Assembly: GCA_950097015.1 (NCBI GenBank)
Contig: CATNEN010000038.1
Coordinates: forward strand, 620,001-684,000
Direction: 5' to 3'
DNA from: Macrostomum hystrix
Taxonomy: Eukaryota; Animalia; Platyhelminthes
DNA: 64,000 bases
Shown here: one piece after another, positions 50,501 to 60,944 of the stretch
Numbering within the stretch: position 1 is the first letter of the stretch
Layout: every line of letters begins with the position of its first letter
Program-made: the position numbers and the translations under genes
Notes under the pieces: generated by a model
What the model saw: only the letters and a program-made list of their open reading frames with translations
The model's database searches: none
What the model was told of the DNA's origin: nothing

Positions 50501-51881
50501 CAGGCCTCGTCTGCAAGCCACGGCAGCCAGCAGCTGGGCAACTCGTCCATAATCGGCCACATCTTCGGGCGCGTGGAGCTCGGCATTGTCGCACAGGGCG
50601 TCAATAACAGCATAGTCTGCCGGCAAGTGGCATTTCTCACCGCTACCGGAGCAGGCCCCTAATAGCCAGTGCTCAGCGCCAGCCGGTGTAGTTAAGGTTG
50701 AGCAGGCTGTGAGCAGTATGCGCAACGCTAGATGGCCAATGCCAGTGGATTCTATTTGGTGAAGATCCCGGCACTCAAATCTAGAGGTTGGGTGCGTGTG
50801 CTGGATATTAAATATGAGGCATTTTCATTATGTCAATAGTAATTATAATAATTGCAGGAGGGCTGCGGGCAATGGCACATCATTTAGACCCGCAGCCAGC
50901 GAGGAGGCAATTCTGCCCATTCCACTGACTCCTGAGCACACAAGCACACAGATACCGTACGCAGGCACATACTCACACAGGTGTGTACATCTGTCTTGAC
51001 TCTCATCGTCAGGCAGTGTACACTTTCACTGTGCCTTGGGGTTTGGCACACAACAAGCCCTTGAGTCTTCTCTCTGAGGCCGCGCCTCAGATGGGAAATT
51101 CCCCGCAGCAGTTGGGCCAGAAGTACAGCCAGAGTCATGTGATGTACAGCCAGAGTCATGAGATGTACAGCCAGAGTCATGTGATGTACAGCCAGAGTCA
51201 TGAGATGTACAGCCAGAGTCATGAGATGTACAGCCAGAGTCATGAGATGTACAGCCAGAGTCATGATATGTACAGCCAGAGTCATGAGATGTACAGCCAG
51301 AGTCATGAGATGTACAGCCAGAGTCATGATATGTACAGCCAGAGTCATGAGATGTACAGCCAGAGTCATGTGATGTACAGCAATATTTTAAGTCCGTGGA
51401 CTATAACACCAAAATTTTAACCTCGCTGATACAGGTACCCATTTCAGTTGGGTGAACTGAAGCACTAAATAAATGTTTAGAGAAGTACTTGGGATACAAA
51501 TTCTATTTTGAGTTGAGATCTGAACTACAGACGTTTCAGTCGATTTGATTTATGATTTATCGATGCACTAAGAACTCACCTGTGGTAACTATTGGCAAAA
51601 TTGCGACACTCAACATTGCAGAATCTCACACCGCACTGACCATCGTTTAAGTTGCAGGCAACCTGCTGCTGCTGCTGTTGCTTAGTGAGTTTATCAACTG
51701 GTAATGCCAATGGTGCCAAACAGTGGTAACAGAAATGCGGCCAGCATGACTTCAGCAGCACTGCGCAATAGGGCAGTTCAGTGTAGAGCAGCTCGCCTTT
51801 AGTTAAAGCTCGCTTAGCAACAGCATAGCGACCACGATCAGGACTATGCTGGATCAGCAGCGAGTTGTGAAATTCTGTATT
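47505..51881 (-). CDS. SMYD4: SET and MYND domain protein (SMYD4-like), 5' end unresolved. Exons 51881-51580, 50780-50451, 49894-49417, 49343-49111, 47769-47505
   Basis: GRYAVAKR..GELLYTELPY, MYND CYHC...FCNVEC...YHRFEC, GIGHLALRIL, HIMQLICNAH, SCLNHSCQPS, NCYGPHY...QYFFRCDCLHC, TPR-like C-terminus. All junctions in frame. Confidence 0.88.
47790..49060. repeat. 20-bp minisatellite (ACAGCTCAGAGGACTCACCC)n, ~63 copies, last SMYD4 intron
   Basis: Tandem periodicity. Confidence 0.98.
50046..50317 (-). mobile_element. SINE family B copy in a SMYD4 intron
   Basis: Reverse complement of ~7625-7890 including the ATT tail. Confidence 0.85.
50840..51090 (-). mobile_element. SINE family B copy in a SMYD4 intron
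   Basis: Reverse complement of the 7630-7890 body with an internal deletion. Confidence 0.82.
51123..51380. repeat. 21-bp minisatellite (GATGTACAGCCAGAGTCATGA)n, SMYD4 intron
   Basis: Tandem periodicity. Confidence 0.96.
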
Positions 51882-52356
51882 CTGCAGTGGAATGTATGCA
51901 ATCAAAATATCAAATGCATTAACCTTTGTCTAAATGTCATAACCCTTTAATATAGATTCAGATATAAATTATTTCTGGCTAGATGTGGCTAGTCAACAAT
52001 TAGCACCTGCACCATCTGAAGGCTTATAATGCTTAGCTAACAAAATATTTTATATATAACAACATAAATGCTATATCTGTTCTAAAGAACTTGTATATTT
52101 TTCTTACAATTAAGAACTTGTCTACTCATACACCTTTAGCATAGTTTGTTTAGTTTCCAATAGTTACTGTGACCAAAATAATAAGTTTAGGTTTTTAAAG
52201 AAGCAGTCCAGGTGCTATACAATAAAATATACTGAATATATAAATTAACACTATTAGTATCACTAACTATTGATAACTTCTCATTTGACATTTCAATTTG
52301 GAATTTTAGAAATACTAGGAGCTACTAGTAGAGATCAAATTGGATTATAAATACTT

Positions 52357-52670
52357 CCAGGATCATACATGCGTAACACCCGGCCGACCTGGCCAAACCG
52401 GCTGGGTGAAACAAGGGCCAAGCAAGGTAAGTCGCAAAAACAAATCAACCAAGCGCAAAAAAGTCAAAGGGGACCAAGGGACAAAAAAGGAAGGTGTGAA
52501 GAAAAGGAAAAAGGGGAGAGAAAAAGAGAACAAATGAGAGCAAACTAAGTCGTAAATAGAGCAATGAAATGAACCAAGTCGCAAATGAGAGCAAACTAAG
52601 TTGTAAATAAAGCAAAAACTAAGTTGCACAGCCGGCTAAGATTTGGGAGGTTGTGCATGTATGTTCTAGG
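52357..52670. mobile_element. MITE-like element with imperfect terminal inverted repeats
   Basis: Left CCAGGATCATACATGCGTAACACCC...CCGGCTG versus right CAGCCGG...GGGAGGTTGTGCATGTATGTTCTAGG; A-rich non-coding interior. No TSD identified. Confidence 0.5.
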
Positions 52671-54642
52671 ATCAAGACAGGATCAGCCGTCAAGACAAGC
52701 TCAGGCTAATCTCTTGAAAGCTCTCTAAGTAATAATGCCACTAATTAGAGAATAATAAAAATTTAAAGTCCTTGAGAATGTAGTAAAGGATGGCTTCATG
52801 ATTTAGGTAGAAACATTTTAGGGAAGAATTAAAATTTGACAATTATAGACAAAAAGTAAAAAACAGAAACTAGAAAATGATGTTTTTAGGATTTTTTACA
52901 TGCATTTGGCAAATATTTACCATTTTATAAGAATATAGAAATTTAAATCTAATAATCAGTACATTTTACTAAATTTGACATAATTATAATCAAAGTAACC
53001 AATATACTTGTAGCAAAACTAGCTAGGCCTATGGTTTTGCATTAGTTGCTGTTATGTTACTAATGTAGAAAGGGAGCTAGAATGTTATTTTTCAAGGGGT
53101 TCACATATTTGTATCACTAAATTGTAAGTATTACAACTAATAGGCCATAGTGCACTGTCTACAGTAGCTGAAGACTTATTTAAATATGGACATTTGGCTA
53201 CATTATCTGCAATTTGCAGCTTATTTGCAGTTATCAAATTTATTTGTCTAAGGTTAGGTACCTAACCTGTCACAAGATAATATCACCTGGTCAGGTCAAA
53301 AAACTAAAAAATCAAAAAATGTGGCCCGCAAGGCCTGTCTATGAGTCCTATATCTTTTTGTAAGATTAAATTTTAAATAAATTTTCTCTATATCCAATGC
53401 ACTAGTAATAGTATGTCACTAGTCTATATAAAAGTGATATTAATATATACAAAAAACTTGTTTTTAAAAATGTTTTTCATTATATTTTAAGGCATTTCTA
53501 AGGTTTCTAAGTTAGTAAAGATTTTTTAATGCTTTTTGGCCCGTGGCGCACTGTTAAAACTATGTAAAACGTATTGGTCAGGTGAAGACCAGGGTGCAAT
53601 TATAATACTAGCTTTAAATAATTTATAGAGAAATTTACCATTTGCCAATATAATATACACATTATCCTGACTCAATATGAATGATAAGCTGACAACAATC
53701 GGTTTAAATGCTTAAAATCTATTACAACGCTTGTTGATTCGCTTGCAATGGCAAACTTCATTCTAAAACGTCGCGCTTCAATTTCCAAAATTAACGTAAA
53801 ATACCAATTTAAGGAACAATTCAAGCAGCTTTAAGATATTTATAATTATTTACGTGTCAGTAAATAATTTTATTAGGCAGCAAATTTTAAAGACTAAATT
53901 GTGTTTATTTTACTTACATAACCAGCTTTTCTAAGACACTTTGTTTAAGACAAATGAAACACTCAGGCTCCGGCCTGTAAACTGTGAATTTTTGTCGTTA
54001 AGTTCTTTGCGATAAACTAAGAGACACTAGCAACTTTTGACAATTCCTATGAATGTAACAAATGTGAATTTTATGCGTCTTAGTTTTACTTATTTATTTA
54101 ATGCACAGGAAACGTTTAAAACATACACTTAACGCCTGCTTTTGATCCTGACGTTAGAACAATGATCCGTCTGAAAAAAATAGACATAATATTTGAAAGA
54201 TCATATTCAATTATGTTAGAGCGTTTAAATTTCTAGAAGTTTACCATAGAAATCGAAATTCTAACATTTTTAATATATTGAAATAGTTCTAGAATATATA
54301 CTAGTGAGAGTATTATAAAAAAATTACTAACTTTTTGAGAAAAAATCCCAGAGACTAGCGATCATGACAAGTTAAATACATCGATCTGAAGTTTGAAGTA
54401 ATTTTTACTAGGCCTAGTGTATCAACTTGCCTGTCAAACTATCAAACTATTTACACATGGTACTATATGGCCATAGATTAATTTGTGTAATTCGCAAGTA
54501 AGAGCGAAACGTTACGCTTTTCCCTGGTCACTTATGGTCTGTTGCTTAAGTCAGCTTCAGAAAAAACTTCAAAATTCTTTAGAATTAGAGGCTCCAAAGC
54601 AATAAAATATGCTTACGAATGATGAAACCTTTCTAATGCCAG

Positions 54643-54825
54643 CAGTGGCGTAAGCCAGGGGTATCGGTGCATCGGCCGATACCCCTAAACTGCATGCAGA
54701 CGTCTCATTTTTTCTCATTCAGTTTCTTTAAAATAAATAAATTAATTGTTTTTAATCTATCCATGTCGATCACTGGACAGCTAGAACCTAAAACCGATAC
54801 CCAAAAAATCCTGGCTACGCCCATG
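54643..54825. mobile_element. Short MITE-like element
   Basis: Ends CAGTGGCGTAAGCCAGG / CCTGGCTACGCCCATG; internal GGGGTATCGG...CCGATACCCC hairpin and a second CCGATACCC near the right end. Confidence 0.55.
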
Positions 54826-54884
54826 GAATCCTGAATGCAACATATTTTTAAAGCGGCATTTTTTTAAAGACCCTTATTTTGCGA

Positions 54885-55192
54885 AATAATAATAATAATA
54901 ATAATTTACACCTGCCCCAATTGGGTCAGATGTGCAGCCGACAGCACAGCCGCAGCTAATGCGCGGCGCATCTGAAGGCTGCGTACAGCTGTTCAGTCCA
55001 CGGACTGGGGGGACGCCACACCCACCTTCAATTATCCCAGCTGATGCTGGTACTCATTTAACAGCTGGGTGAACTGAAGCAATGCAGAGTTAAGTGTCTT
55101 GCTAAAGGACGCAAATTGTTCCAGTGGAGTCGGGAATCGAACCCCCGACCTTCAAGTCGTGAGTCCGACGCCCTAACCACTAGGCTACAACC
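54885..55192 (-). mobile_element. Full-length tRNA-derived SINE (family A) with CORE-like central domain and (ATT)n tail
   Basis: Minus strand: A box TAGCCTAGTGG, B box GGTTCGATTCC, central GCAAGACACTTAACTCTGCATTGCTTCAGTTCACCCAGCTGTTAAATG, ATT tail. TTTGCGAAA flanks both sides (54878-54886, 55198-55206). Partial copies elsewhere in the window. Confidence 0.88.
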
Positions 55193-55352
55193 TTTTCTTT
55201 GCGAAAGTTACGAATCGAAAGCAAAACTAGCATTAATTGCTACTGCTTGAGAGTGTGTCGCATTTTCGTTGGTGAAATTGTGACATTTAAATTAGAAAAT
55301 AGGAGAGAAGTTCTTGCGTTTAAATTGTTATTATGCTATCTCTCCTATTACC

Positions 55353-55424
55353 GCGACTGTGGTGTAACGGTTAGCATGGATGCCTTCCAAGCATTCGACC
55401 CGGGTTCGACTCCCGGCAGTCGCA
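55353..55424 (+). tRNA. tRNA-Gly (anticodon TCC)
   Basis: GCGACTG acceptor stem pairs with CAGTCGC-A; D loop TGGTGTAACGG; anticodon arm ATGC-CTTCCAA-GCAT; T loop GGTTCGACTCC; 72 nt. Confidence 0.96.
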
Positions 55425-55426
55425 AC

Positions 55427-55433
55427 TTTTTTT
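55427..55433 (+). terminator. Pol III terminator (T7) of tRNA-Gly
   Basis: T run 2 nt after the discriminator base. Confidence 0.85.
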
Positions 55434-55947
55434 GCTAACTCCTGGAAGTCGCAATTTCATAAAATATATTACTGCATTAACTCTGAGCACCTTTTATTAT
55501 GAAATATTCGAATTTAAAAAATTATTTATCTTAGCCCGAATGCTTCCCGAACACTCTTTCGTACCGAGTTTTTATTGCTGGAGAAATTAAGTGGTAACGT
55601 ATTTTACCTACTGTAAGTAGTAAAAATAGGTATTAATAGAAAATTAGGCCATTAATGTTACAAACAACAATCAACAATAGGCAGTAAAATCGGTAGCCTA
55701 AGCTAAAAAACACAGTAAAAGATAGATTGCAGTTCTGTGACAACAATGCGCCTTTCTAATGGCTGCTCAGTACAAGCATACATTTTATTTTAGCAACAAT
55801 ACTTTTTGGTCCATTATTCAATGCGCAACCGTAAAAGTTAGTAAAAACAAATTTCTTTGCCGAGGACTTCGTGAGCTTGGCTCTTTCTTGACTACCAAAG
55901 ACATATTTTTAATGATCTAAAGTCTCACAATTTTTTTAGCTACTACT

Positions 55948-56187
55948 ATGATTTCTCACTCTTCAAAGCTATTCAAATTCCTTATTTCCGCTTTGCAAGC
56001 CTCTTCGGAAACAAAAAATTGCTTTCGTTGTACATCAAACTTAAATTCGAATTCCTACCTAAGAAACACACCAATCAATCACCTTGTCAACTGTCAATTT
56101 TGTAATTCTGAATATCCACCTGACATCTTCCACTTTATCAGTACTTGCAATCACTTCAAGCTCATCCGTAGAAGACTCTTTAGATAG
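55948..56187 (+). mobile_element. Degenerate 3' remnant of a non-LTR retrotransposon ORF2
   Basis: CQFCNSEYPPDIFHFISTCNHFKLIRRRLF fits the C-terminal CxxC...H....C..(F/Y)...R motif of LINE RT proteins; no RT domain visible. Confidence 0.5.
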
Positions 56188-57187
56188 GACCCTTTGAGAA
56201 TTCTATAAAATTGGTCTTCTTTGTGTATCTACCACCAAAACTTAACAAGACCTTCATTTTGTGAAATATGTTTACCAACATCTTGAGAAACTCTAATCCA
56301 TCAGTTTTTTATGTTACACATGTCTATATTATTGGTGCTAAATGTGTAATATCCTCTACTTATTTTCCTTATCCTCTTTTTTGTCGCCCAATTTCTTATG
56401 TTCGCGCCTCGTAAAAGTGTTTCCCCCCTACTCCCGTTTGCTCCTGATATTTGCATTTTCTTTGACGCTAATAATTTTTATAATCCAACCACATCGTTTT
56501 CTTCGTTTGCTATTTCTTTATGATTTCCGCACTTTTTCAAACTCTCAATTAACCTGTTTCTATTTCGTGACAAAAATATACTCGATCGTATATTATACTA
56601 CTACTACTACTCGTGCATTATGGTGAATAATTTGCGCAGATTTGTTTACACATTTAGCGCGACAGCCTTGCTCTTAAGCATTATAGGCCGGCTGTATAAT
56701 TGACAAAAGGACAAAGCCAACAGGATTGGACAGAGCGGCTTTCAGTACTGGGGCCTGGCGAGCACTCGCTGAACGCGGCTGGAAGCTCAGAGGAGTCTCA
56801 GTTCACTCAGCAGGGTTGGTTACTGTCAGTAAATCGAATTAGATCACGACAGACGTTAAAAGCTCTTTTTCCTCCTGTTGACAGTCTCCTGAATTGGCAG
56901 GACTTGCTTTTTGTCAGACATTTTTTCAGGGTATATCCTGATTATTTTGCGAGTGCACACACCACACGTGGCACTATCCCACATTTTACACATTATACTC
57001 GTAGATATCATGCACAAGGCAATGCTTCAGTTTTTGCTTCTTGCCCAGCCCACAACCTGTAAAAGCTAGCAGCCTGCCCTCGAGGAAATTGATAAAAGCT
57101 CTTGAACTTACGGCGCCCACAGCTGATGGGAAGCAGCTCAGATCAGGAAGAGAAACTGACAGGAAGAAAAAGGTGAAAGCCTCGTTA

Positions 57188-60100
57188 ATGCAGCATCCGT
57201 CGACAGAGCAGGCTGCTACAGCATCCACTGCCTCCTTTTCCATTCTGCGACGCTGTCAGTTCCGTTGCCAAGACACCGGTCGAATCGCCTGGCTCTCCTG
57301 CGAAGACTCACCGGGCTGCTCTCGCGGCGAACAACACCTGATTCGGTGCATTCGACTGGCGCTGAACATCGACGATGTTGACGCACTGGTCGTGGAAGAT
57401 CCCACAGGTAGAGTTTTTCACGCCAGTCGAATCACCTCCTGGCGAAGGACGCGTCGAGTGACAATCGACCAGAGCCTGTGGATCTGCCGTGACATTCGCA
57501 GTTCGTCACCGTCCGACCACGTAGCTGGCGATATAAAAGTGGACTGCAGTGTAAGCACTGACAGCGAAGCCATGAAAGTGAAAGCAGCTCAGGGGCCAAA
57601 CGGTGCAGCAGTTTCACAGCCATTGTCGCTGCAGGTGCTCAATCAGCTAGATGACATTAACGCTCGGTAAGTGCTTTGTTTGAATACATGGTACACTAAA
57701 TACGAGTATCATTCGAGTGTACGTCTGTGTTAGCTTTTTAAACTTGTTGCTAAAGTGCACCACGTTTGCTTTTGAATAGAATGAAAGGTCGATTAAATTT
57801 GAATAGCTCGTACGTTATCACTTAAAGAGGGTGCATTTAATCCTTTCGACTTTGAAATTACTAGACGAGTAATTGAAATTACTTTATACGTTCCTATATC
57901 ATAAACATTTCAGCCTCAGCAACATCAGTGCCTCACTGTCTCGTCTAGTCAACGGTCGTCAGCAGAAGCAGAGGCAAAGCCAACTGCCAAATCTAGGATG
58001 CGACGTTGCGACACCTCAAACTGCTGCGCTAGAGGTGCGTAGCATTAGACGCTACCTCCGGCTGCACCAGCAGCAGCCACTGCAGCTCTGCGGCGCCATC
58101 GCCAGCGGCGGTGTCACAGAATCCGAGCTTGCCACTCTGCGGCAGCCGAACTTTTCAAACTGGGACTGGCCGGAGCAGAGACTGCCAGTTTTTCTGCGCC
58201 GAATGTTTCAGGATCTGCAGCTGACGCAGCTATTCTGCATCGAGGAACACACGCTGGACGAATTTCTCGTGCAAGTTTACCGGCGCTATAATCGGGTGCC
58301 GTTTCACAACTTTCAGCACGGCTTTATGGTCACTCAGATGGCCTACTGCTTGGCGTGGACTGGCGAGCTACGCCAGCGACTGCCACCGGTGAGAGCGCGC
58401 GTGTTCGACTGCGTTTTCCTACTGAAAAGAATCCCCTCGCGTATTGAGAGGCGACTTCACTTCTCGATTTCATTACAACCTTCTGTCCGTACAACAATCC
58501 GACGTCGGCTGACCTTCCCGGCGTGCAGCGAAATCGGAAGTTCTGCATTACGCCAATGAAAAAATGCAGAATCAGCTTTAGATGCGAACGCTGGTTAACG
58601 TCGGTGTAATATTAAAGTTTCCATTTTCCATCGACGTCGAAACATAGCGGCCGCCGATGTCGACCGACGTTAGATTTTTAACTGACTGGGTCATGTCTCA
58701 CATTTTTAGATAATGAGCGAAAGCATATATAAATTCGGATTAATTTATGAATCTTTGTCTGAATTATAAACAGCAATGAGTCCTTTAAGTGCATGTAACT
58801 TTTTTTGGCTTCCGTTAGGTAGGGACATTTTTTATAGAGAGTAATTATCCACAGTCGATAAATGCTGGAGTAAGTCTTCCCTGTAGTTCGCATCTATAGT
58901 GAAACCCACATTGAAAGGTATGTATACACAGAACTTTAGATTTTTTCAAGCATACGTATAGTATCATAAGGTTTCTGAGTTAACAAAAAAGTAAGTAAAC
59001 GGATAGGTAACTCCTTTGTAAACGAAGTTATAGAGCGGCACGTAATACTTACGCAAAATTTTGGGTTAGCGGAATAGCGACAAAGCGATACTTTTTAAAA
59101 TTGAAAGGAATTTCGTAAGCATCGTGATGAGATGTATGGGATTTCCAGAAGTGCTTTTCGTTCAGCGATCCTAATTTATCCCATATCGCAGCTGCAGCTC
59201 CTCTGCCTGCTGACGGCAGCCATTTGCCACGACCTGGACCATCCGGGCCTTTCAAACCACTATCAGCGCAGCGCCGGCTCCGCACTGGCGGCCTGCTACG
59301 GTCCGCAGTCCACATTGGAGCGGCATCACCTGGCGACCGCTTTCTCCGTGCTGGCCGACCCGTCCAGCAACCTGCTTTCCGGCCTCAGTCCGGAGCAGTT
59401 TCAATCGGCCAGGCGGCTGATCGCCCGTCTGGTGCTCGCCACGGATCTGGCCATGCACGGCCGGGTGATGGCCGACTTTCAGGTCTGCCTGCAGCCCCAC
59501 ATATCGAGAGAGGGTTGGGAGTAAAGATTATTCTAGAAGATGGGAATTGTGTAGAGGCCTTGAGGAAAAAAGCTATGGAGTGGAAAAAGAAGAGTGAGGC
59601 AGAGGGAGAGGAAGAGTGTGACTATGGTAGAGGAGGAGGGGCAGAGTAGAGGAAGAGGGGAGAGTAGAGAAAGAGGGGAGAGTAGAGGAAGAGGGGCAGA
59701 GTAGAGGAAGAGGGGAGAGTAGAGGAAGAGGGGAGAGTAGAGGAAGAGGGGAGAGTAGAGGAAGAGGGGAGAGTAGAGGAAGAGGGAGAGTAGAGGAAGA
59801 GAGGAGAGTAGAGAAAGAGGGGAGAGTAGAGGAAGAGGGGAGAGTAGAGGAAGAGGGAGAGTAGAGGAAGAGGGGAGAGTAGAGGAAGAGGGGAGAGTAG
59901 AGGAAGAGGGGAGAGTAGAGGAAGAGGGAGAGTAGAGGAAGAGAGGAGAGTAGAGGAAGAGGGGAGAGTAGAGGAAGAGGGGAGAGTAGAGGAAGAGGGG
60001 AGAGTAGAGGAAGAGGGGAGAGTAGAGGAAGAGGGGAGAGTAGAGGAAGAGGGGAGAGTAGAGTAAGAGGGGAGAGTAGAGGAAGAGAGGAGAGTAGAGG

Positions 60101-60875
60101 AAGAGGGGAGAGTAGAGGAAGAGGGGCAGAGTAGAGGAAGAGGGGCAGAATAGAGGAAGAGGGGAGAGTAGAGGAAGAGGGGCAGAGTAGAGGAAGAGGG
60201 GCAGAATAGAGGAAGAGGGGAGAGTAGAGGAAGAGGGGCAGAGTAGAATAGTAACAAAGGGAGAGGAAGAGGGGGAGGCAGAGTTAGAGGGGCAGGGGAG
60301 GTAAGGCAGTTGAAGCACTGAAGTGAACTAAAAAAGTTTGTGACGGAGAATCAGAGAGACAGTGTACTAAGAGGGTAATTACTCGTATTTTAGCCAACAT
60401 CATTCAAGTCTAATCGTACAGTGTAAGAAAGCGCAAAAGATCCTTCCTGCAGGCCAGTACCGATGCCGGCTTCAACTGGCAGAGCAGGCGCCATCGAGAA
60501 GTCCTGCTTTGCGTGCTCATCAAAGCCGCTGACCTTAGCAACGAGGCCAGGCCCCTGGCAACAGCGGAGCGGTGGATCGATCGACTGCTGGATGAATTCT
60601 TTGCCGAGGCCAGACTGGAACGCAGCCTAGGAATCGAACCCTTAGCCAGCATGGATCCGGAGAAGGTCCGTTGCAAGGCGCAGAGCCAGTGCGGCTTCAT
60701 TGGCAGCGTGGCTCTGCCGCTGAACTCGGCCCTGGCCAGGGTGCTGCCGCGTGCCAGCGAATGCCTGGTGGCTCCAGTGCAGCGACAGCTGCGCCACTAC
60801 ACGAATCAGCTCAGCAGATGCGGCGAGGCCGGCGACTGTCGGTGTTGCGACTCAACTTCATCGCATGACAACTGA
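57188..60875 (+). CDS. Class I cyclic nucleotide phosphodiesterase, PDE9-like, ~555 aa. Exons 57188-57666, 57914-58388, 59192-59482, 60453-60875
   Basis: YNRVPFHNFQHGFMVTQM, AAICHDLDHPGLSNHYQ, LERHH, LATDLAMH, LIKAADLSNEARP, EFFAE, KAQSQCGFI. GT-AG junctions in frame; start codon uncertain. Confidence 0.9.
59630..60250. repeat. 18-bp purine-rich minisatellite (GAGTAGAGGAAGAGGGGA)n, PDE intron 3
   Basis: Tandem periodicity. Confidence 0.97.
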
Positions 60876-60944
60876 GCACTCATTGGCATCCAGCTTCCCG
60901 GATCGTGTGCTCAGATACTGAATTGAATCACATTCCTTTTCTAT

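Noticed and set aside
55120-55192. Second tRNA gene on the minus strand
   Set aside because: No proper acceptor stem; it is the head of a multi-copy SINE with tail and TSD.
24600-60250. Rule that intronic arrays are pyrimidine-rich on the sense strand
   Set aside because: True for the DTHD1-like introns and one ENaC array, but the PDE intron and ENaC intron 2 arrays are purine-rich on the sense strand.
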